Shown piece by piece: positions 1 to 10,013 of a stretch of DNA of 64,000 nucleotides. A program made the translations under genes and the position numbers. The notes under the pieces were generated by a model, which worked only from the letters and a program-made list of their open reading frames with translations, ran no database searches and was not told the DNA's origin. The stretch spans positions 334,554-398,553 of the forward strand of contig CAVJMG010000001.1 in NCBI GenBank assembly GCA_963650805.1, written 5' to 3'. Numbering within the stretch: the stretch's first letter is position 1; each line of letters starts with the position of its first letter. This DNA comes from an uncultured Bacteroidales bacterium. Its GTDB lineage: Bacteria; Bacillota_I; Bacilli_A; RFN20; CAG-826.

Positions 1-8
1 ATGGAATT

Positions 9-824
9 GTGGAAGCAGGCGATCAAACCCTTCGCCCCTTCTCCTCTTATTTCGAACAGGCTCAAGAAGTCGACTATAATTGGCTCAACGACGTCATTTT
101 CTATAGAGACAAATACAACAGAGGGGATTCGTACGTATTCGGAGAGAACGGCCGGTTTATTAAGGTCAACGGCGCAGGCAAATATGATGATTACATGCGC
201 AATTCGAAAGGCGGAAAAATCAATGTCAACGACGTGAACAGTTTTGATTCATACTCTTTGGGAGGATGGAGAAACGCCGTTAAGGGTTACGATTACGACA
301 AAGCCTATGACCTCACCAATGTTTCAAAAGAAGAGCTTTTAGAGTATCTACCGCATTTAATATCCGACTACCACTATTATTGGACGGTAACTGATAATGG
401 CGATGTCGTCTACTCCCAAAGCGCAACAGGAAGCAACGGTGGCTATGAAGTTTATTCTAAACCATCGCGCATCTATACGACATCTGGCATATATGACATC
501 GTTTCTGAATATGCCTATTTAAGGGATACATCTTTAATCAGCGAGAAGGATTGGAACTGGAGCTTAATATTCCGTGGGGAAGGGGCTTACCAACTAAAAG
601 AAGGAAGCATATACAAATACGCATTCGTAGATGATAGCGTCTCCAAACTGGATTTGGACGGCTGCATCATCACCAGCCTCCATGTCGATGAAGAAAAGCA
701 CATCACCATAGAGGGCATGGACAAAGATTACCAAAAATTCAACGGCTATCTTGATTTGAACGACAAGATATCCCTAACCAAATATTCGAACTCGGTCGAC
801 GTGGTTCTAACGCCTATCAATTAA
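9..824 (+). CDS. Hypothetical protein, probably 5'-truncated at the window edge (the frame is open back to nt 3)
   Basis: Long ORF that is rich in Tyr, Asp and Asn. No recognisable catalytic motifs. It runs convergent with the wzx gene. Confidence 0.4.
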   Translation: MEAGDQTLRPFSSYFEQAQEVDYNWLNDVIFYRDKYNRGDSYVFGENGRFIKVNGAGKYDDYMRNSKGGKINVNDVNSFDSYSLGGWRNAVKGYDYDKAYDLTNVSKEELLEYLPHLISDYHYYWTVTDNGDVVYSQSATGSNGGYEVYSKPSRIYTTSGIYDIVSEYAYLRDTSLISEKDWNWSLIFRGEGAYQLKEGSIYKYAFVDDSVSKLDLDGCIITSLHVDEEKHITIEGMDKDYQKFNGYLDLNDKISLTKYSNSVDVVLTPIN

Positions 825-853
825 GGCGCGATTCATGGCAAATAGCCTTGAAG

Positions 854-879
854 AAAACCGGGCCTCTTAAAGCTCGGTT
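854..879. terminator. Candidate bidirectional stem-loop between convergent genes
   Basis: aaccgggc-ctcttaaa-gctcggtt forms an 8-bp stem with one G·U pair. It is flanked by T-rich runs on both strands. Confidence 0.3.
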
Positions 880-2471
880 TATTTAGTGTCGCCTTTTGAA
901 TCCGCATTCGCTTTGCGTTTATCCAAAGCCCTTTTAACCGCGGCTTTAAGAGAATCCCTTTCGAAATGCGACATGCCGGTAAAATACATGGAAACGCAGT
1001 AAATGGCCGTATAGGCAACGATGAGAAGGGCGAAATCCCAAAGCCCGTGGAATTCATAGAAAAGCAATAAAGGAATGCCGCAAGCAACGGGAATAAGGAG
1101 GCCTACGCTTATTCTCAAAATCTCGATCCAAAATCTGCCGATGTCCAAGTGAAGCTGTTTGGCGTAGATGATGTTCATGGCGAAATCGTTAAACAGGAAT
1201 ATCGTGATCGTTGTTCCCGCGGCGGCCCCGATGGCGCCCCACTTCATCGCCATGAAAATCGATATCGTGATGTTGAACGCAGCACCGATCAGATAAATTA
1301 TGCTGCGGCTCTGATGCTTGTTCTCGGCCCGTTGAATTTCAATGCCCAAATGCTGGATGACGTCTACGGTGATAGGCGCGATAAGCAGAATAATTATGTA
1401 ATAGGCGTCGGAATAGCCTTCGCCAGCCCACCGGAGGACGAAGTATTTCCCGAAGAAAACGAAGCCGGTGAAAACAAGCATTATCAATGGGTAAACGATT
1501 TTGGCGACCTTAATCATCAAATCGGAAAGTGACTTATCAATCTCTTCTTGCGGACGCCCACTATAGACAATACCGTTTACTTTAGGAACGAAGACGCTCG
1601 ATATAGCTGTGCCGAAGGTGATGTAGTACGTATTGATTTGGCTGCCTACACCATAGACCGCCACCGCTTCCGCGGTGACGACTTTCCCAAGGATGACTTT
1701 ATCGGCTTGCCAGTTCACTTGATCGATTAATTGGTTTATCGCGATAAAGAAGGAGAAGACGAATATTTCCTTGAGGAGGTGAAAATCAAAGCCCTTGAAG
1801 GAAAGGCGCATTTTCAGTTTATGGAACGAATAGAAAATGTTTATGGCGTCGACGAGCAAGGATAGTGTCAGCGTTACAACGACCATCCCAATGGATTTGT
1901 ATCCAAGGGCGAGGACCAAAACCATCGACAAAGGAGATAAGACGGATTTGATGATATTGACGGATTGGAGGAATATAAACCGCTCATGGGCGCTTATGTA
2001 AGAGGAGAAGACGCTCATCGGGAAAGAGACGGCGAGGTTAACGGTCATCAGAATGAAAAGGATGCGGGCAATGTCCTTTTGTTCATCCGTGTAAGTTTCA
2101 TTGAAGAAGATGTTCGCGTTAAACGAAAGAATCAATCCAGCGCCTAAGGCAACGAGCATGATGACAAAGAAAATAAGGAGATAGTGCCCATTTAAGGATG
2201 CGATTTTGCCATCCGTTTCTTCCTTATCGTCCTGGCATTTGGCCCTAGCGTAAAAGCGTATGTAAGAGGATTGCATTCCCATCGTCAAAAGGCTTAGATA
2301 GGAGATAATGGAATTCGATAGGTTATATAACCCATATTCGGCTTTCCCAAGTTTGGAAAGCATATATGGGGTGTAGGCAAAAGAGATCAGCGTGGACGCT
2401 GCAAGTTGGACGTATTGGAGTATGGCTCCTATTTTGCGATTTTGCGACCTATCAAACGAAATTCCACTCAT
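879..2471 (-). CDS. wzx: Wzx-type oligosaccharide flippase (MOP/polysaccharide biosynthesis protein family)
   Basis: 530 aa multi-pass membrane protein. The N-terminus (…QYVQLAASTLISFAYTPYMLSKLGKAEYGLYNLS…) is typical of Polysacc_synt flippases. It sits at the distal end of the glycan operon. Confidence 0.8.
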   Translation of the reverse strand: MSGISFDRSQNRKIGAILQYVQLAASTLISFAYTPYMLSKLGKAEYGLYNLSNSIISYLSLLTMGMQSSYIRFYARAKCQDDKEETDGKIASLNGHYLLIFFVIMLVALGAGLILSFNANIFFNETYTDEQKDIARILFILMTVNLAVSFPMSVFSSYISAHERFIFLQSVNIIKSVLSPLSMVLVLALGYKSIGMVVVTLTLSLLVDAINIFYSFHKLKMRLSFKGFDFHLLKEIFVFSFFIAINQLIDQVNWQADKVILGKVVTAEAVAVYGVGSQINTYYITFGTAISSVFVPKVNGIVYSGRPQEEIDKSLSDLMIKVAKIVYPLIMLVFTGFVFFGKYFVLRWAGEGYSDAYYIIILLIAPITVDVIQHLGIEIQRAENKHQSRSIIYLIGAAFNITISIFMAMKWGAIGAAAGTTITIFLFNDFAMNIIYAKQLHLDIGRFWIEILRISVGLLIPVACGIPLLLFYEFHGLWDFALLIVAYTAIYCVSMYFTGMSHFERDSLKAAVKRALDKRKANADSKGDTK

Positions 2472-2572
2472 GTAAAATTACCGGCCCTATTGTGGCAACT
2501 TGAATATCGTCTTTCAAGTCATAGACGAATCAGACCCGAATAACGGTTGACGCATTGAGAATACACGGCCTT

Positions 2573-3238
2573 TCACGGATTCAATTTTCCGTTTTTTAGT
2601 GCTTCATATACGCTCTTCAAATCCTTGTACTTAAGAGCCATGAAAGAGCCAAGCTTTTTATTGGATGACCCCGTCTCGTTCCAAAGATAGTAAAGGCCGT
2701 TCTTGAAGAAATAATTCCCATGAGCAAAAGAGTTTCGGATTCTCGCAAATAACGAATCTATCTCTGCCCCCTCTCCCTTTGAAAAGAAAATCACACGTTT
2801 TTGATGTGAAGCATATGCAAATTTAATCTCTTCGATTAGAGACTCCATCTCATTACTCCCCAAGCAATATTTATAGGTCGTTCCTTTTTCCAATCTTAAC
2901 GAACGGAGAATCTTCGTCTTGAGCCACTTGAAATCGTTGCTGCGAATAATGCCGTAATCCTTGAATTTCCTCGCCAATTCAGGCCCTGCGCTTGATGGGC
3001 AATTATCGACAAACCAAAGCAATAAATTCTTCTTCTCTTTTTCGCGTTTGGGAGAAGAGGTTCTGCGATAGTCTTTTTCAATCAGTTTCCTAAAGTTCTT
3101 TAACGCTTCGCTTTGTTTCTTCATCGTGTAACAGCTCCCTGCCTCAGTAAGATTATAGGCCATGAAATCTTGAACTCTTGTGTTTTCCCCGGGCTCAGTA
3201 AACAACGTGGTCTTTATGTCCGCTGATAGTTTCCTCAA
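2573..3238 (-). CDS. Hypothetical protein with a C-terminal Rx4H (HEPN-like) motif, paralogous to the C-terminus of 5218..5913
   Basis: C-terminal …ARIRNSFAHGNYFFKNGLYYLWNE… aligns with …LRHVRNSIAHARYSIIRGGNYYKFLFED… in the neighbouring gene. The RNxxxH motif is HEPN-like. Confidence 0.45.
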   Translation of the reverse strand: MRKLSADIKTTLFTEPGENTRVQDFMAYNLTEAGSCYTMKKQSEALKNFRKLIEKDYRRTSSPKREKEKKNLLLWFVDNCPSSAGPELARKFKDYGIIRSNDFKWLKTKILRSLRLEKGTTYKYCLGSNEMESLIEEIKFAYASHQKRVIFFSKGEGAEIDSLFARIRNSFAHGNYFFKNGLYYLWNETGSSNKKLGSFMALKYKDLKSVYEALKNGKLNP

Positions 3239-3283
3239 GCACGATGATGGCGCCCCCCATAAACAGCCTCGATCAAATAGCGT

Positions 3284-5047
3284 TTAATTTCCTGTTACGC
3301 CATTGCCCTCCCCTTCAGTTTTGGGCTCATTTGCAGACGGCGTCACATACCCTAACGTTTTCTTAAGTTCGGCCGCCATAAGTTCTTTCCTTTTCTCAAA
3401 GAACGTATCGAAATCCTTCAGTTCGGCAGAGACTCCATCCGGCATAAATTTGACCGTGTTGCCCCCTTTTATCCAATCAGCCAGCGTCGAATCGTTCTTT
3501 GATTCGTTAACCTGCCCCTGAAGCAGTTCGAGATTGGGAAGCTTGTTTCTCATCCATCTCCACCTCTCAATCGTTTCTTTGGAGAAACCCTTTCCTTTAA
3601 TGTTCTTATTTTCAAACCCAGCATATGGATGAACGTGGTCTTGGTGGAATACGGCCGCATCGACTTGAATTTCGGGATATAAAAGAGTCAGCAGCATGAA
3701 GGTGTAAGATCCCTTGTCATAATCAAAACATTTGCTGATGACGTCATCGGTTATCGCGAAGTTCAAATCGCCTGTAAGCCTTACGTCCTTGAAAAGTTCA
3801 ACGGAGAAGTTCTCTTTCTTGAAGTTTTGGATGTTCTGAACCGCTTTCCTCGTTTCGCCAATCGCCGTATTGCTTGCGACGCCGAAAATGTTCTTGATCT
3901 GAGCAATGATGAAATACTTCTTGAATTCAGCGATGTTCTTAGCGCTTAAGGAGCCACCTCTATACAAATAATAGGCAATGGGCATCAACGCATTGTAGGA
4001 CGTGATTGATTCATCGCTGAAACCGCATTTGACAAGGAAAGCCACCACGTCTAGTAATGCCGTCTTTATCCTTTCCCAGTTTTCGGACACTTTTAGGATA
4101 TTTGATTTCTTAAAAGATCCGATTTTCAAATTGATGGGCGCGTCCGTCAACGCAAGGCAAGCTCTCATGACAAAGTCGGTGTTAAAATCAAACTTGCCCC
4201 TTCTTCCGTTCATGGAGTTGATGAGATTTTCGATTTCCTCTCTCCCCCCTTGCCAATACGAAACGATTGTCGAAAACAGCAAGTCCGTCTTTGATAATGG
4301 GGTTCCAGAGGAATTCAATCTAACGAAAATGTTCAGAACGTCATCATAATCTGCTTCCTCAATCTCATAGAAGCTTAGTGCGCCTTCTTCCTTGTTTGTC
4401 AAAATCTTGTATAAAGATAGGATGTTCTTCCCAGCCCTACCATCCTCGTAGTTTTTGGCTGCGTAGGTGAAGATCGAATACTCATCGTCAAATCTGAATA
4501 TATCCTTAACCTTAAACCATTTCTTCGGGTTCTCGCCATATTCATCCGACGTCAAAAACTTGAATCTTTTCGTCTCGTCATCGTCAAGAATCTTGGCAGT
4601 CGGATCAATTGTGAGATTCATGTAGAGTTCTTTTTTAGGGAAGGAGCCGTCAAGGCCCCACCAGCAACGCGGGAGTTTGCGTGCAAGGCTTCCTTTGATG
4701 GCGATGTATAACGAAGACAATCTTTGTTGGCCATCCAAAACAATGTAATAGGATTCAAAGTCGGTGGTAATCGGCAAAGGAGCCTTTTTGTTGTCCTTAT
4801 TGTCTCTCTCGTGATAGTCACGAATAAACTCATAGAGGTTCAAAGCGGTATCATCGCTATTCAGCACCTTTTTTGAGGTTTTCCAAAACAGCAATGCGCC
4901 GACTGGGTAGCCCAAAATCAAAGAATCGAAGAGGTTCTCTACCTGCTCCTCTTTCCAGACGAACTTTCTTTGGATTTCCGGAAGATACATCCTTCCGGCT
5001 TCGATGTAATTAACCGCTTCTTTGATTGATAGTTTCTGATAGCCCAT
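3284..5047 (-). CDS. GmrSD-family DUF262 (ParB-like, DGQQR) + DUF1524 (His-Me/HNH-like) nuclease; putative type IV, modification-dependent restriction enzyme
   Basis: N-terminal LPEIQRKFVW and DGQQRLSSL motifs (DUF262). C-terminal FHQDHVHPYAGF motif (DUF1524). 587 aa. Confidence 0.85.
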   Translation of the reverse strand: MGYQKLSIKEAVNYIEAGRMYLPEIQRKFVWKEEQVENLFDSLILGYPVGALLFWKTSKKVLNSDDTALNLYEFIRDYHERDNKDNKKAPLPITTDFESYYIVLDGQQRLSSLYIAIKGSLARKLPRCWWGLDGSFPKKELYMNLTIDPTAKILDDDETKRFKFLTSDEYGENPKKWFKVKDIFRFDDEYSIFTYAAKNYEDGRAGKNILSLYKILTNKEEGALSFYEIEEADYDDVLNIFVRLNSSGTPLSKTDLLFSTIVSYWQGGREEIENLINSMNGRRGKFDFNTDFVMRACLALTDAPINLKIGSFKKSNILKVSENWERIKTALLDVVAFLVKCGFSDESITSYNALMPIAYYLYRGGSLSAKNIAEFKKYFIIAQIKNIFGVASNTAIGETRKAVQNIQNFKKENFSVELFKDVRLTGDLNFAITDDVISKCFDYDKGSYTFMLLTLLYPEIQVDAAVFHQDHVHPYAGFENKNIKGKGFSKETIERWRWMRNKLPNLELLQGQVNESKNDSTLADWIKGGNTVKFMPDGVSAELKDFDTFFEKRKELMAAELKKTLGYVTPSANEPKTEGEGNGVTGN

Positions 5048-5217
5048 ACGAAGCCTCCCGCGCGACGTCGAAACGCCCCTTTCGGCAGCCGAACGATTCC
5101 TTGTTAATTATATGTTAGAAGTGGGTGGCGAAGCGAAAATGCGCCAAATTCGCCCCCCATTCAGCAAAAAACTCGATGATTAGAGAATTTATATCGACCA
5201 CGGTTTCCTGCATTATT

Positions 5218-5913
5218 TCAATTAGAATGGCTTTCCGAAGACATCAGTATTTCTTTCCATTTTTTCAAGGTGGAATGGTTAATTACCATTTTAAAAGTAA
5301 TATCTTTCTCACCATCTCTGTCCTCAAATAGAAACTTGTAATAATTTCCTCCCCTTATGATTGAATAACGGGCGTGAGCTATAGAATTTCTGACATGCCT
5401 CAAAAGAGCCGTTAATGCGTTCTTTCTATCGCTGGAGCACACTCTGCAAACAAATCTTTTGCAAGATGAATTAATATCGGTACCATTCAAGGAAAATTTT
5501 CCTAAATCGTCATCCGTAATCTTGCCCGACACGAACGAAAACGTTTTATCTTTGCGAAAGCCTATCTTAAGCATTTCTTCTAAAAGCCTTGTGCTCGTTT
5601 CTAAATCGATTGGAAACGACAAGTCTGAGGACGTGTTGGGAGAAAGATATTCGTAAAATATGATGAGATCATGTACCGCCGAATCGTTAGATAACAAATA
5701 CGTTCTAATTGCGCTTTTCGAATTATCGAATTTTTCGCAACGCTTCTTACAGTTTGAGCATTTTTTCATATTTGGAGAAGAGCCTCGGAGAGGCTTGTGA
5801 ACGGAGCCGATAGAGTTCCGCGTCAGCAAACCCATTATAGTGTCGGCCCACCCCCACGTTACAAGTCCCTCTAGCTTCCCCGAGCAAAGTTTGTCATCGT
5901 CGTAGGTTGCCAA
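5218..5913 (-). CDS. Hypothetical Cys-rich (CxxC…CxxC) protein with a C-terminal Rx4H HEPN-like motif
   Basis: Contains CSNCKKRC and CRVCSS pairs. The C-terminal RHVRNSIAHARY is shared with 2573..3238. It is the first gene of the minus-strand triad. Confidence 0.45.
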   Translation of the reverse strand: MATYDDDKLCSGKLEGLVTWGWADTIMGLLTRNSIGSVHKPLRGSSPNMKKCSNCKKRCEKFDNSKSAIRTYLLSNDSAVHDLIIFYEYLSPNTSSDLSFPIDLETSTRLLEEMLKIGFRKDKTFSFVSGKITDDDLGKFSLNGTDINSSCKRFVCRVCSSDRKNALTALLRHVRNSIAHARYSIIRGGNYYKFLFEDRDGEKDITFKMVINHSTLKKWKEILMSSESHSN

Positions 5914-6005
5914 AGTGATTTCCGGCTTTAGGCGGCGAACCGAAATTTAATTTGGCGATGGTCTAAAATGGCGGTCCCCCGCCTTTTTTTGAAAGGAGTC
6001 AGATT

Positions 6006-6240
6006 ATGAACATAAAAGGAAGCGCCATCTCACCAAGGAGGACCGGAGAACCATCTGGGACTCCTTGGCGGAAGGGCAGAAGCTCAAAGAGATCGCCGCG
6101 CTGGTCGGGAAGGATGAGAGGACGGTCTCCAAGGAGATTATGAAGCGGAGGACGCCGAAAGCCAACGGGCGCGTCGTCTTCTCCGGGGACAAGGCCTCGG
6201 AGTGGAGGGAGCTGAAATCACACCTCTCCTTGCCCGTCCT
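6006..6240 (+). pseudogene. IS30-family transposase N-terminal HTH fragment (frameshifted and truncated)
   Basis: One frame reads …KRHLTKEDRRTIWDSLAEGQKLKEIAALVGKDERTVSKEIMKRR…, a classic IS30 N-terminal HTH. A strong RBS (AAAGGAG) and an ATG at 6006 lie in a different frame. Similarity is lost after about 60 codons. Confidence 0.5.
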
Positions 6241-6322
6241 CATTGTCGGCGGAGTGAGACTCTTTTCCATTGATAAAAGAGGCAGCAAACGGACGCTCCA
6301 TCTCACGGCATAGAAAAATCAC

Positions 6323-6778
6323 TTAGACATTTTCGTCATTTATCAACCTCAAAAAGGAATTCATGTATTCGAAGATTTCACCTTTGCGATTGTGTAACTC
6401 TTCCGCGACGCTTTTATTGAAATCGTGAGTTAAAACATTTCTTATGAATTTTGCCGAGCGCTTTCCCTTTCCGTTCCCGGATCCAAAAAGCCTTTCAATG
6501 GTTACATCCTCATATTTATATCCGAAAAAGGATAAAGCAGCCCTCGCTTCAGCTATATTTATCTTCAAATCCGCCGACTTTACTTCTTTTTCACATTTCA
6601 GCTTCTTATATTGTTTTAAAAGGTATTTATAGGCAATCTCGCAAATTTCAAATTGAGTTTTGAAATTGTTGATTTCTTCGATTCTTTCTTTGTTTCGAAC
6701 AAATTCATTCAACTTACGCAATTTTTCCTTCGTTTTCCTTTTTATCGAATTCTTTTCTTTATCCCGTATCTTTTTCAT
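6323..6778 (-). CDS. Hypothetical basic protein with a possible HEPN-like RNxxxH motif (FIRNVLTHDF)
   Basis: 151-aa ORF with a Lys-rich N-terminus. The Rx4H motif lies near the C-terminus. It is adjacent to the defence triad. Confidence 0.35.
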   Translation of the reverse strand: MKKIRDKEKNSIKRKTKEKLRKLNEFVRNKERIEEINNFKTQFEICEIAYKYLLKQYKKLKCEKEVKSADLKINIAEARAALSFFGYKYEDVTIERLFGSGNGKGKRSAKFIRNVLTHDFNKSVAEELHNRKGEIFEYMNSFLRLINDENV

Positions 6779-6950
6779 ATCGATTCATCCTTTGACACGA
6801 AGTCGTGAAAGAGTTTTGCGTTTCGGATCGACGTAGGCTTGCGTTTACGAAATTCTAGCGCAATCTCCGTATATGCAAAGCAAAAGTCGAGGGGGGTGCG
6901 GACAAAAACTGGACCTTCTTCAATATGATATCCCAAGCTCCTTCCTCCTA

Positions 6951-8290
6951 TCAATCATGCTTTTGTAGCCCAGTGATTCCTTGATTCTCTTTTCTATGAA
7001 CCGGGCCAGATATTCTTCCAGATAGGGGATGAACCCCTTGACCGTCATCGCCGATTGGCCTTCGTTGCAGAACATCTCGTTTTTGATTGTTCCGGAGAAC
7101 CCCCTCGCAGGCCGAATTGTCCGGCGAGCGGCCCTTCTTGGACATGGAGCGCACGAACCCGAATTCCCTCATCAGGCCTATCCAGCCGGGCCATCGGTAA
7201 TGGCATCCGCGATCGGAATAAACGATGCAGCGGGTCCCCATGAGGACTATGCCATGCACCTTGCGAAGCATGTCGTTCGCCAACTTGGCGTTCGGAGACG
7301 CCCCTATCGTCCACGCGATCGGCATTCCGTCGAAGCGGCCTATCGCGGGCGATAGGTAAACCTTGCCGTCGCCGAGGGCGAACTCGGTTATGTCCGCGGT
7401 CATCTTCTCAAAGGGCCTTTCCGCCGCGGAATCCCTTTGCAAAAGGTTCGGCGCCTCCGGGGAAAGCTCCCCTAGATACGATGAGCATTTCGCCCTCTTC
7501 TTCTCTTCGGAGAAAGCCCCAGCTCCTTCACGAGCCTTCTGACGACCTTTTCCGACAGCCGCCCGAATTCCTCCAGAAGGCATTGCCTCAGCCCCCGTAT
7601 CCGTAGACACCGCGGTTTTCCAGGAATTCCTGGCCGAGCCTCTCTTTGAGGCGGGCGTGTTCGTCCGGCTTCGATTTGGCTTTCTCCGCATAGAAATAAG
7701 GGCTTTTGCCCAAGGCCAGGGCCGAAAGCAGCCTGCGCAGCGGATATTTGCCTCTGAGGCATCAGCCATCGCTGCCTTTTCCTTTGCCTTCAATGGCTTT
7801 TGGCTGATGCGCGGGTCTTTTTAGGACTTTTATAGTCTCCGTGAGGATGCCGATCTGCATTTGCATCTCGTCCAGCCTTTTGGATATGTCGTCGCTTGGC
7901 GGTTCCGCCTTCTTCGAGGCTTTTGGCTTTTTGCTTCCCGTGAGCAGCCCTATTATACCCCCGGCCAGGTATTGCCTTTTCCACTTGCATATGGTTGCCC
8001 GCTGTGGCCGGTCGAGATCGCCACGTCCATCACCGGCTCATGACCGGCGGCCGCCCTTTCGACTGCCACGAGCTTTTGCTCCGGAGCCGGGCGGCCAGCT
8101 TCCGGAAAGACGCCGGAGCGCCCTTTTCTGGCGCGTTCCCTGCCTTCTTTTTGAGCCAAGTGTAGAACGTCGCCCTCGTGCAAATGGGGATTTCCCTAGC
8201 GCCTTGGCGATGCTGCGGCATTTGCGGTAATACTTCAAAGCTTGAGTTTTCTGCTTTTCGTCGACCATAAACCTCCTCTCGGTTGATGGT
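6951..8290 (-). mobile_element. IS3-family insertion-sequence remnant (degraded orfA/orfB with several frame breaks)
   Basis: Fragments read …ATFYTWLKKK… (orfA-like) and …YSDRGCHYRWPGWIGLMREFGFVRSMSKKGRSPDNSACEGV… (orfB DDE core). By eye this region is about 60% GC against about 45% in the flanks. Confidence 0.6.
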
Positions 8291-8330
8291 CCAGTTTTTT
8301 GTCCGCGGTCCCCTCCCCAAAAGTCAAATT

Positions 8331-9419
8331 TCATCTCGTTTTTAAAAGGATTTCAAATTTTACAAATTGTTTTTTCTTTAAGACTCGTTCTACTTCTTCG
8401 CTAATTTCGCTGCAGTAATTCTTAAAATATCTTTCTCTTAGATCGGACTCTAAAACAAAAATAGCTTTCCTTATACTCTTAGAGAGCTTACTTGTTCTCC
8501 AATAATTAGTTACACATTGCTGAAGGAAATACTCGTAAGCCCGCTGATCATAGGGCACGTCAAACAAAGGGAACTCTTTGAGGCACAACTCTGTGATATA
8601 AAAACTATCAATGCTTTTCAGATTACCTGTGCTTGTGACTGTAATGCCCTTTGGATTAAGTCGATAACCGTATACAACGTTCGATATACATTTATATTTG
8701 TAGCCTTTCGAGTACAAAATAAATGAAATCGGGGTATCTTCGAACCAGTAACCTTCCGGAAACTGAAAATGTTCGAGTGTTTCCGCCTTAAAAAGTTTGC
8801 CCCATGGATAGCCAGAAAGGCTCTTCGCCTCCAAGGCGTTAGACCGTTTATAGCCCCCCCAAGTCAGCTCAGTATCGCAATACCAGCCGCCTTGAACTAT
8901 GTCCATTGACTCATCGGCAGCCTTGGCGGCATTCATTAAGACATCTATTGCGTTTTCCGTAAGCACATCGTCAGAATCTAAGAACGTAACATACCTTCCT
9001 TTTATAGTTTTCATTGCAGCATTTCTCGCAGCAGAAAGCCCTTTATTACGTTGACAAATAATTTCAATTTTATTGGGGTATTTTCCCCATAAGAACGGAT
9101 AATTTCTAAAGTATTATCGGTTGACCCATCGTTAACAGCAATAATCAAATAAGAGTATTTTGTTTTTTTGATTTACAGCAGACTCCAAACACTGGCCAAT
9201 ATATTTGCCAACATTATAGGCCGGAATAATAATTACAAGGTCGTATTGTATAGAAAGAGCATTTTGACCAACGCAAGTTGTGGAGGGATCTTTATGAGCC
9301 GATAATAAAATGGTTTTAGCTTTTTTGGCAGTCATCCTTGTACACCAGTTAAAAAAGGGCAGCCATTTCCTTATCAAAGATTTTAAAAGCTTTTTCATAT
9401 AGTTTGCTCCTTCAACCAA
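8331..9419 (-). pseudogene. GT2 glycosyltransferase interrupted by a +1 frameshift in an A7/T7 homopolymer (9163-9169)
   Basis: The N-terminal piece is …IIIPAYNVGKYIGQCLESAVNQ. The shifted frame continues …KYSYLIIAVNDGSTDNTLEIIRSY… and then MKTIKGRYVTFLDSDD…. One fewer A would restore a canonical GT2 protein. Confidence 0.7.
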
Positions 9420-9480
9420 CTAGAGAACGGCGCGTATAAACGACTGCTGGATTTCAACACTCAATGGGGTGTTGGGATCG

Positions 9481-9896
9481 CGGATAGCGTTCCGTTTCTG
9501 TAGGCGATCCCCGCAATCAAATCGTCCAAATTATAGTACCCCGAACTCTGTCCCGGCGATGATTTTCTTCACCCCGCATCCCATCTCGTAGGTGTCGAGG
9601 GTGCCGTGAAATGATTTGCCGTACTTCCCCCGGTCCGTCCGCGATGAGATAGTTTTGCCCGCATCGAAAGCGAAGGTAAAACGACGGACGAAGAAAGAAG
9701 CGCGGCGTCGGCCCTCTCGAGCCATTCCGCGACGAAGGCGGGCGCCGCCTCCTCGGCGCTCTTCACCATTTTGTCCAGCCAGCTGGACTCTTGTGCTAAA
9801 ATCTTCACGGAAGTTCCCCTCCCATTATCTTTAGGGACTTAATTGCGGGACTTCCTTTTTCTTACCGCCACCTACATTTGCGGAACGCTACCGCTA
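9481..9896. mobile_element. About 415-bp GC-rich non-coding element bounded by imperfect terminal inverted repeats of about 24 bp (MITE- or IS-remnant-like)
   Basis: 9481-9508 cggatagcgttccgtttctgtaggcgat versus the reverse complement of 9866-9896 (…cctacatttgcggaacgctaccg…). The interior holds only short GC-rich ORFs. Confidence 0.35.
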
Positions 9897-10013
9897 CCCC
9901 GAAAAAACTTGCAACAACAGGCCGAGGAGGGCGACAATACCGATAAAATTAAGCGGCTAAATTTCTGAAGCGCTACCCTACGGCCCAGCTCAATTCTCAG
10001 AGGATCTTCAAAA

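Noticed and set aside
1149-2147. Plus-strand ORFs (1149..1532, 1548..1730, 1965..2147) opposite wzx
   Set aside because: They lie entirely within the well-supported 530-aa flippase gene on the other strand. No motifs were found.
7029-8334. Multiple 60-130-aa ORFs on both strands (e.g. 7029..7355 +, 7841..8230 +, 8038..8334 −)
   Set aside because: They overlap each other inside the GC-rich IS3 remnant. High GC suppresses stop codons, and the peptides are Arg/Pro/Ala-rich low-complexity. They are treated as artefacts of the degraded transposase.
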